A stretch of 64,000 nucleotides of DNA from Leucoraja ocellata (Eukaryota): NCBI GenBank assembly GCA_036785375.1, contig JAWMAR010000131.1, positions 372,001 to 436,000 of the forward strand, read 5' to 3'. The stretch's first letter is position 1; each line of letters opens with the position of its first letter. The translations under genes were made by a program, and so were the position numbers. The notes under the pieces are model-generated. The model was not told the DNA's origin and made no database searches. It saw nothing but the letters and a program-made list of their open reading frames with translations. This document shows, in pieces, positions 48,574 to 61,779 of the stretch.

Positions 48574-49219
48574 TTTGTATGTTTTGCTTTTTGTGCAGCG
48601 GTACCTTGCCTGAGTTTCATTTTCCTTTTTCCTTCACTTCCAGCCCACTTTGGTTTAATTGAAATGGGCTTTTCTGTATTTTGGTACAAGGCTACGGTGT
48701 TTTTCGTAGCTTTCAGCTGTTCTTCATTTTATCCATAATTGTATAAAATGAATGTTGCTAGGCTCTTCAATTTCGACACAGTTCAACTCAAAAATATCAT
48801 TATCTTAGCCATAGACTTTTTTTCCAACAACCATTATTGGGCCCAATTACAACATATATTCGTAGGCTGAACGTTGGCACTAAGTTTGAAGTTTGTCATT
48901 GCAATAACATGTGATCCCTAATTCAACAAGCGTGTACCTCACTGTGTGGTTTATGAAAATATTATGATATCACTAATAATATTAAAGCAGATTTTCTGAA
49001 TGATTCTCAAAGTGAACTCTATTGACCAAAGCGGCTGGTGGGGCATCCCCTATGTGCTTTACGTAAGAAGGTGTTTGTTTTTTATTGTATGCAGTAAAAT
49101 GACTGGAAATTAATGCAGTTTCCCCAATGTTTAACATTTTTGGATCTTGTTAGAAGTTGGATCCCCACTCACCAGTTAAAAGTCCAGGACATGTGTATCA
49201 TCAGATACCTGGCTATAAA

Positions 49220-49522
49220 GTGGCAATGTAGCGCAGCAGTAGAGTTGCTGCCTTACAGCGCAAGCAACCCGGGTTCGATCCTGATTATGGGTGCTTGTCT
49301 GTACGGAGTTTGTACGTTCTCCCCGTGACATGTGGGTTTTTCCCGGGAGCTTCGATTTCCTCCAACCCCGCTAAGACGTACAGATTTGTAGGTTAATTGA
49401 CTTGGTATAATTGTAAATTGTCCCTAGTCTGTGTAGGATAGTGTGATCGGAGATTGCTGGTCAGCACAGACTCAGTGGGCCGAATGGCCTGTTTCCACCC
49501 TGTATCTCTAAACAAAACTAAA
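49220..49522 (+). mobile_element. HE1-like SINE
   Basis: B box gggttcgatcc, core and tail. Confidence 0.85.
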
Positions 49523-51239
49523 CAAGAGCAAGAGGCAACATGCATGCCCTAGCTCACTTCAAACCCTTTTTCTTTAAGGAAAACTAAGCTACCCTTGCCT
49601 GAAACAATATCATGCGGATCCAGCACCAGAGAATTCTGGCCTGGAACTAATTCAGCTGTAACGATTCTGACAGAGGATGAAGATTATAATTTCTAGAACA
49701 AATAGTTTGGCAGACCTGTTTCCAGACCTGTGAAACAGTTGGTAAAGGCTCCGAAATATCCATTTATATTAGCTGAGCTATTAGCATGGAAAGGGTTTAG
49801 TTTAGTTTATTGCCACATGTACCGAGGTACGGTGAATGTTTGTCTCTCTTTGAAGGTACTGTTGTAGCTGTTGGTTCTATCCTTACTTCTGGTGTAATGG
49901 TATACTAAGCAAAATGAAAAGTAAATTGCAAGCCTGACATAAAATTGGCAAAAAAACAGTTAGAGGCTCCAGAAAAGGGAGTCAACTTATTTTCTCCCTA
50001 TAAATGTTGTATTAATTCACTCCAATTATCATATTATAATAACCCAAATGAAATACTTCCTCCTGGACAGTCAAACTCAAACAAGTAGCATATCTGAAAG
50101 ATCTGTAGTTCTACCCAACAACAGATTTTGAACATATGTTTCATCTTGTGTTCTATTTTTGCTTCTGAATTCAAAACCATCTCAAAAAACCCAGGAGGTC
50201 TTGGCAGTGATATGCACTGGTTGATAGTAAAGATGGGAAGAACATCATAATCAGCATATGAATCTGAAATGGGTTCCAGGAAAGCTACATATGCTCTGAT
50301 TGTCTCTCATATCCAAACATTGTATATAGCATTAAAAAACTGTATAAATATTCACTTTGATCAATGTATTCTACTCCAAGAAAAAATGTTTTATAGTAAC
50401 TTTCCTCGATGTGTTATTTACTGCGATTTAGTTTCAAAGTATTGTGATGCACACTTGAATAAAAATCTGAGTTTGGTTTAACTCTGAGTTAGATGAAGTT
50501 TGATTTGCAGAGTGGGGATAGAATTCCTTAAGATCATAGAGATTCTGCTTTCCTCTGTGATAAAACCTCAAAAGAATTCTGTTGGGAGGGAGCCTTAACT
50601 TTTGATTTGCTCAATGATCAATGACTGCATTTCTTCTTCACAAGACATAGCATCCAAATAGTTTTTTTTTCTGATTCCAGGCAGTGAATTGATAGGAGCT
50701 TACAAAGCTTGCAAACACTGATGAACAGATGTGACATTGTACCTATTAACCAAGTTTTACAGATTTCACAGATATAGTTATATATACGATTCTGAATCGG
50801 GTTTCTCCTATGAAAAGCACATTATTATTATGAACCGCTATTATTGTGTCTAAAGTGTAAGCTATGCCAGTTTGTACTTGAACATGATCTTCTGCTTTCA
50901 GTGGACTTTATTTAAAATTAATCAGTGAAATATGTTTAGATAAAAATAATTTCTTCCAGTCTGAAACAACTTTCCAACCAAAAAATAGTGAATGACAAAT
51001 TTTACACCATAAAGCAGATGATTTCTTTGACATTTCTTGTTGTTAATAAAGTCAGCAGGAAATGGAAATGTAATCAATAATTTGAGGCATCATGCCTGGT
51101 GCACATTTTTTTAATATTTGAAAGCTGTAAGCTGTTGAATGTTATGGATACGCCTTCGAAAATAAAATGCTGCACTTTGTAAAATGAATTCTACATCTAC
51201 AAGTTACTGGATCATTTCTAAAAGTCCATCTGTTCTAGA

Positions 51240-51800
51240 ATCAGTGAGCTCTACAGCAAGGAAAGTGGCCCAATCGAGCCATGCCAATCAAGTTGTCTGA
51301 CTGAGCTAATCCCACTTGTCTGTGCTTAACCCATATTTCTCCAAAGCTTTCTATCCATGTATTCTATCCTGTCCAAGTTTTTTTTTGATGGCTTAACGTT
51401 ATCCACATATAACCACATTTCTCTGGAAGAACATATACACGCCACCCTCTGCGTGCAAAAATTGACTTTCAGGTGTCTCCTCTCACCTTAAACATATGCC
51501 CTTCAGTTATTTTTAATTCCCCTCCTCTGGGGACTTGACTATTTACTTTTTTTGTGCCCCTTCTGAATTGTTGAACCTCTCTCTCTCTCTCAGGTCAATC
51601 CTCAGCCTCCTCTCCAAGGAAAAAAAATACCCAGGCGATTCAGCCTCTCTTTATAACCCAAATCTCAGCAATATCCTTGTAAATCTTTTTCTGCACCCAT
51701 TTCACTTTAATGACATTCTTCCTGCAGCAGTGAAATATGGTATACAATACTCCAAACGTGGCTTTACCAACTTCTTGTACTGCTGTAACATGTTTTCCAG
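51240..51800 (-). mobile_element. Degenerate CR1 LINE 3' region
   Basis: ccaccctctgcgtgcaaaaa..tcaccttaaacatatgccc..tacaatactccaa correspond to CR1 RT C-terminal blocks on the minus strand. Confidence 0.55.
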
Positions 51801-51899
51801 CACCTCACCTGTAGCGATCAATGATACAAATATCTCTGTCAGGTGCCTTGCAATTTTGTAACTTCCCACAATGTACGAAGAGATACTAGATCATTTTTA

Positions 51900-53000
51900 C
51901 CTATCAATGCATTTGAAGGTCTCCAGCTCCCCACTGCTTTGAGGTCCAGTGCTCTGAAGCATATGTGGATCATTTCTGCCCATCAGACTGTTGTGCTGGC
52001 TTTGATGTCTTGAGCATTGAACATTCTTTGTCTCAGATGGCCAAAGGCTGTTCTTGGACACTGATGTTGAATTTCATCATCAATGTCTCTATGTTGTGAC
52101 AGGTGGTTCCCAGAATTGGAGATGTGCCATGTTTTCCAAAGTCTAATTGATATTTTAAGCAGCAGGGAAAAGTTGCTAAAGGTTATTTGTTCAGATGTAA
52201 GACCCATTCTGTTGTATGCTTAATGAATCAATCAATGAAAGCTTGGACATCAACTCCTGAAAATAACTATACATCAGCATAATATGTACACTGCAGCCTG
52301 TTGACTAAAATTGAAACTTGCTTTTGGAGTGGAGCTAGCATAGAGTAAACAGTTTCTAATTTCTCCTGTAGAGCAGTTTGGTTCCAATGGGATTTTTTTT
52401 GGAGAGGAATCAGGGGATATGGGGAGAAGGCAGGCACAGGTTATTTATTGGGGATGATCAGCCATGATCACAATGAATGGCGTTGCTGGCTCGAAGGGCT
52501 GATTGGCCTCCTGCACCTATTTTCTATGTTTCTATGGAGGTGCAATATTGTGGCAAAAGATTGAGAAATGTTTTGGAGTGATGATCACGCCTTCCGTGGC
52601 ATCAGATGGCATGGGAATTGGGTTTGCAGTGGACCCATTGGTTAGAATGCCTTGGGATCCATCATATGGTGAATCTAAAACTAAGGAGAATTTCTGGGGA
52701 CAGCCAAATTTGAGAAGAAAGCTCCACGGTCCCTTTCAATTCATGATCGAAGATTTTGCAATGTCAAAAAATGCCTCCACTTCTCGAGTTACCATATGAT
52801 GAAGATTGTGGCCATTCAGACCCAAGATGAACGTAATCCACTCTGATTCAGGGAGTAGCTCGTTGACCCCCTGATGGACGTAGTTGAGAACGCAAGTACC
52901 GACTTACCTTTTGCAAGATAGCAGGTAGACATCTCTGTAGTTACCTACATCAGATTTCCCTCATTTCATGAGGATGATTAAAATGACAGCATCATTGATA
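51900..53000 (-). mobile_element. Degenerate RTE-clade LINE RT region (interrupted by a CR1 tail at 52405-52535)
   Basis: Minus-strand remnants ELLPES, AFFDIAK, LLKFGCPQKF and DIDDEIQH..AFGHLRQRMF are RTE-type RT motifs. Confidence 0.7.
52405..52535 (+). mobile_element. CR1 LINE 3' tail
   Basis: ggaatcaggggatatggggagaaggcagg..tttctatgtttctatg. Confidence 0.85.
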
Positions 53001-53032
<32 letters not shown>

Positions 53033-53465
53033 CTCTCCACCACATACCATCCCCTTCCCAGTCATGGGCAACTGGAATTGTAACTGAAATGTCTTACTGC
53101 CAAGTTTTGGAACTTCATCAGAGATACCATCAGGACCCTAATTGGTTTTCGGTTGATAAATGGCCTTTTCAGCTTCTGAGTGGCAGTGTGGTGGAGCAAA
53201 GTTTGCGTGATCGGGAGAAATAAAGGGCACTGGCTTCAAGAACCGAGCTATGATTGACAAAGCGCTTGAAGCATTCCTTGCCGTGGGTGATATCTGCCTC
53301 GTCTTGGCACTCAGCGGAGTGGGCCTGGAGTATGTGGGCCATAAATGGAGAACCTGTACATGACAAGTTGCTGATCCTCTTGCATTCTTTCTATTCTCCA
53401 CCTGTTCCTTAGGATACGTGTTTCCTGTTGGACCTCATTCTTCAAGTTCCTGAGATGTGTCGGGT

Positions 53466-53593
53466 GTCGGGTTATGGGGAGAAGGCAGGAGAATGGGGTT
53501 AGGAGGGAGAGATAGATCACCCATGATCGAATGGCGGAGCAGACATGATGGGCCGAATTGCCTAATTCTGCTCCTCTCAGTTATGACCTTATG
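53466..53593 (+). mobile_element. CR1 LINE 3' tail (second subfamily)
   Basis: gggttatggggagaaggcaggagaatggggttaggagggagagatagatc, same as 58104-58220. Confidence 0.8.
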
Positions 53594-53992
53594 ATGTTGT
53601 TCTTTATCACCTTGAGATATGGTCCAAATTTTAATCAAAGATCAATTGTATTTACAATCAATTAGCTTCTCCTGTCACTCTTGTGAAATCAGTCCTGGTG
53701 TTTTCTGTTGGAGACACTCCACAGGTGCTAAATGTAGTCGAAGTTACAGCAATCCAGGCACTGTGTGGCTCCCGTTGTTTGGGAGCAGTCAGATTGCTTG
53801 TGAGAAGAGCTCTTCGAGCCAGGTCCTTGAAAGCTTCAAAATTGACTCATTTGTAGCAGTCTTTCCTTTGTCTTTCTGACAGAGTTTTCAGCCCAAAATG
53901 TCAACATTGTTCCTCTTTCCACAGTTGCTGCCTGAGCTGTTGAATGTTTACAGCATTTTTCTGCTTTGATTTCAGACTTCCATTATCTGCAG

Positions 53993-54748
53993 ACAGACAC
54001 AAAGTAGCCTGGAGTAACTCATCGGGTCAGGCAGCATCTCTGGAGAAATAGGATAGGTGTCGTTTCAGGTTGGGACCCTTCTTCGAGACAAGAAAAACAT
54101 TTTTCACGCAGAGAGTGGTGAATCTCTGGAATTCTCTGCCACGAATGTGGTTGAGGCCAGTTCATGTGCTATATTTAAGAGGGAGTTAGATGTGGCCCTT
54201 GGGGCTAAAGGGATCAAGGGGTATGGAGAGAAGGCAGGTACAGGATACTGAGTTGGATGATCAGCCATGATCATATTGAATGGCGGTGCAGGCTCAAAGG
54301 GCCGAATGGCCTACTCCTGCACCTATTTTCTATGTTTCTATGTTTCAGACTGTAAGTAAGTGGGTGGGGTGGGGTAGGGTATGGTGGGGGCGAAGAAAGA
54401 ACAGGACGAATCAAGGCCAGCCACAAATGAACAACATCACAAGTGCCCTGGAGACCCATTGTTGGCTTGGGAAGGTGTGACCTCAAAAGAGATACAGTGT
54501 GGTGAACTATGAAACTGATTAAACAACTAGGGTGGAGAATGGAGCAAGGGGAGAGGGGAGTGTTGGTAGGTTACTTAAAATTAGAGAATTCAACGCTGTG
54601 TTGTAAGCTATCGAAGCAAAATATGAGGTGCTGTCCTCCAATTTGCATGTGGCTTCACTCTGACAATGGAGGAGGCCCAGGACAGAAAAGTCAGTGTGGG
54701 AATGGGAAGAGTTGAATGGTTAAAAACTGTGAGATCCAGTAGGCTTGT
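53993..54748 (-). mobile_element. Penelope-like element 3' portion with 15-bp TSD, interrupted by CR1
   Basis: GIY-YIG C-terminal remnant (SHTDFSVLGLLHCQSEATCKLEDST..) plus pLTR; ttccattatctgcag (53978-53992) and tttcattatttgcag (54749-54763). Confidence 0.8.
54086..54343 (+). mobile_element. Young CR1 LINE 3' fragment nested in the PLE
   Basis: Near-identical to 30705-30960. Confidence 0.9.
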
Positions 54749-56241
54749 TTTCATTATTTGCAGTCTTTCGTAAGCATTTTGGGACCAAACTAATGAAGCT
54801 AACGGAATGGATTAGGAAGTAGTAACGTAGTCTTCAAATTGATTTTCGCAACACGTGGATGGACCAGCCTCATCAGGATGTTCACACAAGTCTTGTGCTT
54901 GTCTCTCTGGCTTGCTTTGATAAGAAGCGTCATGTTCCAAACACTTTATCAGGAGGAGAACTCAACAGGATTTCACAGTCGCCACCTTTGCCTTGAAAAT
55001 CTAATCTTTTGAATGATTACCCCTTTGCAACCAGCAACTCAAGTTGGCGAGGAGGATCAGTTAGCCTCATAGTGGTCACAAGCCAAGCTTTTCTCAAGGT
55101 TGGGAGTAGAATTCCTCCTTGGTCTTATCTGCAGCTCGCAGGGTTGTAGCATTGGCACAATTGTCCGCAGTGTGCTGGTTCCAAGTTACTGTGAGCCAGA
55201 AAGGGTCGCGAGTGTTCGTTTATTCCATAGACAGTCACAGATATGCCAGACTAGCATAAACCCAACACTCTACAAGTTTTTCCTTCCAGAAGCTGCTGTA
55301 CCCACTGCCTTGGAGCTTGAGCTGGCCAGGTCCTACCTGCGATGTCTCACTCAGGGCAGTGATATAGGTGGCAGCGTTGCTCCAGTGCATCGAGTGCATG
55401 GGCCGACCGGACTTTGAATAAATGGCCACAACTGTATATGCAAAATATGCAATATAAATGCCACTGTGCAAGTGACAAATAAGGGGCTAATTAACTAATA
55501 AAGCACTAATAAGAGTTCAGTGAAGAATCCATCCTGGATGTTAGGGTTTGCAGAGAATTACGAGAGTGTGTTTGTTAGAATTTGCTGATTCCTTGAAAAG
55601 AACAGCCCATGAATTTGAGCCCAGGGACAAAGAATAGGCTGCAACCTCAGGTTACCCAGGTCCAGCCTGAACCGGTTAAAATTGATAGAAATTTTAGCAG
55701 AATTGTGAACAACAACCCCTTATTAGGATGAAGGTAACGATATAATGCCAACCGAACCCATGGGAATATGGAAGGGACACAATACGGGTGATTGGTTTTG
55801 AGCCATTAAGAAGCACCACAGAGATTGATGGCCTAATTATCTTCTATAGATAAGAACGCCTGTTCTGCTGTATTCTGGAGACTTTTAGCAGTGTTCAAAA
55901 GATATTTTAGTTTGCCTTGGTGGATTCATCTGTTGTTTGCTAGATATGTAACACCTGCAGGCAGCCTGGAAGCCTATCACTGGACTATGAGCACAATTAA
56001 AAAGTGCATTCTTAACACTGACTATTAGTGCATAGGTTCCTGAGTGTGCTTTCAATAAGTATATAGTTACACCATACATATAACAGTATACTTGTTAAAG
56101 CATTTTTACAATTAATAAATAAAATTAAACTTGTTTTAGCGTTTTAATTTCAGCCTTCATTACAGTCTGTAAACTGAGTATATTGAGGAGACCACTCCAA
56201 TGTGATACAGGACAGGCAAATATCAGCCACCTATTACTTTT

Positions 56242-56950
56242 TTTAGACTTTAGAGATACAGCGCAGAAACAGGCCCTTAAGCTCACCGTGTCCGTGTCGA
56301 CCAATGATTACTACATACAGGCACGGAAATCGCTATCAAAACATGCAGGGGACGCAATTTCTTGGCAGCGTACGCACACACTTGTGGATGGTAACATCGG
56401 GAGCTGACCTGGTTGGTGACCGACTCCGAACACCAGCAACAGCAGCTTCGTCTGCCCTGAATCGTGGGGCTTGAATCGGCCCGTTCACGGGGTCTTTCAT
56501 CGGCCTCAACATCGGGAGCCTCGATCGCCTCGATGCAGCAGTTTGATTTTAAGTCGCGCCGGGAGCTGAAAGGCCCCGGGAACGGGCGGATTCAGCCCTT
56601 AGAAAGCGTCTGATAAAGTCCGGATTACAAAACATGGGGGGGGGATTGTCCCCCACCTCTCAAAGTAGGGGAGGGGGGGGTGCGTTTCCCGTCTCCCCCA
56701 GGATTTCCGCCCCTGACCCCATACACCAGTAATATCCTATTCACTAGGGACAATTTAGAATTTTACCAAAGCCAATTAACCTACAAACCTGCACGTCTTT
56801 GGAGTGTGAGAGGAAACCGGAGCATCCAGAGTAAACCCACATGGTCACAGGGAGAAGGAACAAACTCCGTACGGACAGCATCCGTAGCCAGGATCAAACC
56901 CGGTTCTTCGGAGCTGTAAGGCATCAATTCTACCGCTGTGCCACTGTACT
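56242..56950 (-). mobile_element. HE1-like SINE split by a hAT-like MITE
   Basis: SINE tail at 56242-56317, remainder at 56716-56950. Confidence 0.8.
56318..56715. mobile_element. hAT-like MITE
   Basis: Imperfect TIRs CAGGCACGGAAATC and GATTTCCGCCCCTG; 8-bp flanks actacata and accccata. Confidence 0.65.
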
Positions 56951-57665
56951 GTTTCATATGTCCATTGCTTTATAGATCCACCTTATTAACTGTCACATGA
57001 ATTAAAACCAAGTGGGGAGAGGTGAATCAGAAAGCAGTGGTTATATGAGATCACATTTGTGCTTTAAGACCTTGTTCAAGTTGTAGGAGGCGATAAACAC
57101 TGTGAGCAGGGGAGGAAAGGAAGTGCGAGCTTTGCAAGTTCCCAGGGAAAATATACGTTAATGTGAGAAAAAAGTCATCATAAAACAGTGAGAATTCAAA
57201 GAGGCATGTGATAGTGCTGTCTCTGAAGGGTACTGTGACAGCCAACAGCTGCTCTGCTTTTTGATTAGGTTGTGGGTGTAGGCGATGAGATCTTTGGTGT
57301 TTGACATCTCAATTCTTACTGTGGTAAAATGCCACTGTGAAGTACGTCATTGGAACAAAAGTTATTTAACTTGGTGATCTGCTGATTAAATGCAATTAGT
57401 TGTGCACATTAAATAAATGAAATTAAAAAGATGCAATGATGAACCAAAAAGATATGAATCAAACCTTTAATATTTTGTTTAGAATTTTGATTGTGTGCCT
57501 GGTCTATGCTTCTGCTCATCAGTACAGACTCTGCTAATGGAGGCCCATCAGCTACTGATTTTTTGACCTTTGTCAATTGTTAATTCCTCCAAATTGATTT
57601 TACATCTTGATATTTGAGTAAAGAATCCTTCTCTCTGCTGTCTTTATCCATTATTATTACAACAG

Positions 57666-58272
57666 GGGCGGCTCGGTGGCACAGCGGTAGAGCTTTTTGC
57701 CTTATGACACAGGTTCAATCCTGACCACGGGTGCTTGTCTGTATGGAGTTTGTACGTTCTCCCCATGACCTACATGGGTTTTCTCAGAGATCTTTAGTTT
57801 CCTCCCACACTCCTAAGAAGTACAGTTTGGTAGGTTAATTTGCTTGGTACAAATGTAAATTGTCCCTAGAGTGTGTAGCAGAGTGTTAGTGTGCGGGGAT
57901 CGCTGGTCGGTGTGGACTTGTGGGAGAGTCTGAGACTAAAGGTCATAGCCTCAGAATTAAAGGACGTACTTTTAGGAAGATGAGGAGAAATTTCCTCAGT
58001 CAAATGGTCGTTGAAATTCTTTGCCACAGAAGGCTGTGGAGGCCAAGTCGGTGGATATTTTTAAGGTGGAGATAGATAGATTCTTGACTAGTGCAGGTGT
58101 TAGAGGTTATGGGGAGAAGGCAGGAGAATGGGGTTAGGAGGGAGAGATAGATCAGCCATGATTGAATGGTGTAGACTTGATGGGCCGAATGGCCTAATTC
58201 TGCTCTTATTCCTTATGACATGGTGGGCCAAAGGGCCTGTTTCCGCGCTGTATCTCCAAGCTACACTAAACT
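57666..58272 (+). mobile_element. HE1-like SINE with a CR1 3' fragment (57920-58220) inserted in its tail
   Basis: SINE runs to ggtgtggactt, CR1 fragment follows, SINE resumes ggtgggccaaagggcctgtttcc. Confidence 0.85.
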
Positions 58273-60639
58273 CCGCTTCTCTGCCCTAAAGATTCTTTCT
58301 GCATCTTGTCCATCTCCTCGAAAAATCATTGGTCCTGAAACATTTCATTCTTAGCTTTGAAGATGTTCCACCTCATTGTCTTGGCTCATTCGCAACTTTG
58401 GTCACTTGGTATCCAGGAGGTTGTAATAGTGTTGAGAATAAACCAATATAGTTCTGTCTTGTTGTATTTAATTTTGCCTCTTCATATATTTAGATACTTG
58501 CCTGTAATTTAATTTATTTTATATTCTTCCCTGATTAAATTGTTTTTCTGCTAACTTAATAAAACTGCATGTACCTTCCTGACCTATCTGTTTACTTTTA
58601 AAATCAATGACATTATACTCATTATCATTGACTCTTGGTGCTTTCAAAATAATGTTTTTCTTGAATTCTACCAACCCATGCTTCTTTCACTTGCTTAAAG
58701 CCCCATTAACAGTGCAGCCTCTGCCATCATAATCATGACCCATTGCATTATGAGCGGAACACATCCCAACAAAATGCCTCTTGCTTTCCCCAGAACCGCT
58801 GTGAGTGTTTCGTTAATGAGAAACCTGCTTACTGCACAACTTTTTAAATCACGCTTTTAACCTTCGACGCAAGAAAGCTGCAGAAAGTGGAAACCTGAAG
58901 CATGAACAGAAAATGCAGGAAATGCTCAGGAGGCCAGGCAGCATCTGTGGAGTGACAAACAGAGTGAATGCCTCTGGTTGGAGATCTTACACTCAAACTA
59001 GGAGGAGTTAAGAATCAAATGATGTAAGTTAAGCAAGGAGCGAGCAAAGGGATATCTATGAGGACCTTGAGGAACTAAATGACACAGATGATAGTGGCAC
59101 CAGCTGAGACAGAATGAAGGATAGGAATCACAGTTGATCTGTCTGCGGAAATGGTTTAAAATTAAGGAAAACCAATGCTGGAACTGTGGGATGGAAAGCA
59201 TTATGGTAGCAGGAAATCTGAAATAAAACATAGAATAATAAAAATAGCAGATCAAACAGCATCTGCGGAGAGAGAAACATAGCATAAATGTTATATGTTG
59301 ATGATGATTTGTCAGAACCAGCTAGTTCTAATACAAACAATTAGAGAGCAGTTCTACCTTCCGACCAACAACTATCTTGGCAATATTGCTCCCAATATAG
59401 GAATGCCCTTCAATGTTTGTGAGGAATTTATCCATCTCCTTATCCATTACCATTGCTAATGAAATATTGATGCTTTGTCCTGCTAGTTTGCTACTCCTAA
59501 ATGTCTTGTTCCATCTTTTTTGGGAAAGGTGATTCTCATTGTTGAGTGTTTAAAGTTTTGCATTTAAAGCAAAATAGATAAAGACAGCAGATTTCCTTCC
59601 CTGAGGACATTGCTGCAGCAGACACATTTTTGCAACAGTCAGATCGTTTCATGGTCACCTTTAATGGCACCAACATGTTTTAATCACAGAATGTTAAATA
59701 AAGTGAATTTAAATTCCCCAGTTGCTGAAGTGAGATTTGACCAAGTATCAGGATCTTTCATGCAATATATAAGGATTAAGATCCAGTAACATGACCACTG
59801 TCTCTGGTCCTGGTCTTGAATCAAACTTTCGAGATAATTTCCATATGCTGTAATCCTCTAATAACAAGAAGGTGGATGTGAAAAAAACCCACTTAAAATG
59901 TGTCATGTTCCAATTTGTATTTGTTCCTGTTAGTTTTTTCAAGTGTCCTTTTTAATCTTCTACAGTGAGATGTGTCATTTTTGTTCCATAAGCTATAAGA
60001 TATTTTTGGTATCTCACTCTTTAGAGTATAATCCCCCCAGGAGTTCTAATGTAACCGATGCTTTACTGCTGAAGTACATGCTGACGGAGTTTGTAAATCA
60101 CACCTTATCTACACCATAAATCTTACATTAAAGCATGAGTAATTACCAGTGGTTCAACTATTTTTTTGGGGGAGAGAGTGTGCTCAAACTGACAAGCTGA
60201 AAAATAGAAGAAGCTCTCAAGACAACAGAAGCCTGCCTTATTTTTCCTATTCTAAAAAGGGCAATTAAATCTATCAACTTTATCCAGGGTTCAACAGTCT
60301 GTGTAGAATTTACAAGCCATATATCTAGGACATCCCACAATGTCGCAAGTCTGGCACTCCATCAACCACCTTCCAGATTTAACGTTGTCTCCTCGCTTTA
60401 GATAAATCGGTTCACCAAATTTATTCCAGGGAGGAAAGATACTTGTTTACGCGAATCCCCATTAATATTTTATTAAACTGCCCCTAATTCCACAGTCTTC
60501 AAGATCTTTTAATTGTTAAGATCAACAACCTATCTCTACCCTCTGGTATAAACTGGTGTCATTCTTTGGGTCGTGTGCATGCTTCATCTTGGTCTATCTC
60601 TCATGTTCTGCTTTCTTCTTTATTATTCATGCCTTTTTC

Positions 60640-61280
60640 CTCCTTTGTTCAAATCTGAAATTGTCCCAACTCTTTGAGAATTTTTGGAAATATTATAAGG
60701 CTTTTCCTTTGGCCTAAAGTAACTTTTGATAGCATGGCTGGATTGCTTTTCCTGTCGGAGGCTTTCCTCTGCTTTAGCGGGATATATGTTACTTGTAAAC
60801 TCTGTTAATTCGTGAAGTATTAGCCATTGTTTATTTATTGTCATGCCTTGTAATAAATGTTCCCAGACCATCACCGTGACCAACTCGCGTTGCATGCCTT
60901 TCTAGTTTATTTTATTTAAATTTAAGATTCTGGTTTCTCGTATGTTGTAGTCACTTCTCCCTAAAGACGCCATAACTACTTAACCACGAGAGTATTAATT
61001 CAAATCAAAACTAGAAGGGAAAGAGAAACCACAGAGGGTGCGCAAGTTTGATAATTATATCAGTTGTTTTAGTGAGTACCGCGTCTTGTGAGAGCAGATT
61101 ATTAATTAACTCTTTCTTATCACACAGTGCTAGATCTACAATAGCCCGTTCCCTCACTGGTCCCACGATATACTGAGCTGGAAAATCATCTCTTGTACCC
61201 TCCACAAATTCACTCTCCACCCTATTACTACCATATTACACTGTAATCTGCAGATTTAAGGTCCCTGTGATTATTGTATT
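60640..61280 (-). mobile_element. Degenerate CR1 LINE, endonuclease region
   Basis: FVEGTRDDFPAQYIVGPVRERAIVDLALCDKKELINNL resembles the CR1 APE motif FLECxxDxFLxQYVxxPTRxxAILDLVL. Confidence 0.7.
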
Positions 61281-61308
61281 ACTCTTATGTTATTTAAATA
61301 TATATATA

Positions 61309-61430
61309 CTAGACTAAGTGGGACCTGTTGGGTCCCAGCATCACACGGGAGGGCTTGTCCCCCAATGCAATATTCCACCTCTCCACCAATTCCAATATTG
61401 GTGGCCAGTTGGGGGGGGGGGGGGGGGGGG
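61309..61430 (-). mobile_element. Helitron-like 3' terminus
   Basis: Minus strand TGGGACC caaca GGTCCCA hairpin, short spacer, CTAG, then T in an (AT)n tract. Confidence 0.55.
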
Positions 61431-61610
61431 ACAGCGGGACAGGCAGCATCTCTGGACAGAAGAAAAGGGTGATGTCTCGGGTCGAGACCCTTCTTCAGAC
61501 TGAGATTTATGGGAGACGGAATCTAGCGATATGGAAGGGTAGCAGCAAGAGAAGCTGCTGAAGAACTCTCATCGGAGAGAGGAGAAGTAGGCATATCTTG
61601 AGGAAATTCA
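61431..61610 (-). mobile_element. Penelope-derived terminal repeat
   Basis: cagcgggacaggcagcatctctgg..gggtcgagacccttcttcagactgaga; downstream gaactctcatcggagaga is shared with 63983-64000. Confidence 0.7.
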
Positions 61611-61779
61611 TGAGCCAGTCAGGTTTACATGAGTTCACTGCAGCTCCAAAATCACTAATCAGTGTTCCACATGTGTCCCTGAACTGCAGCTTAAAATCAC
61701 TTTTGAATGTGTATCTCATTCATGCAGAATAGCAAAGATTCAGCGGATTCATTCCTGGCATTTTTATTTAATTTCCTCA

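Noticed and set aside
53001-53029. Long poly-C run (other C or G runs near 9230-9310, 45983-46001, 61411-61430)
   Set aside because: Homopolymers inside repeats; length is unreliable and there is no sign of function.
59575-59820. Possible old tRNA-head SINE on the minus strand, similar to 38960-39330
   Set aside because: Too decayed to set boundaries or a family by eye.
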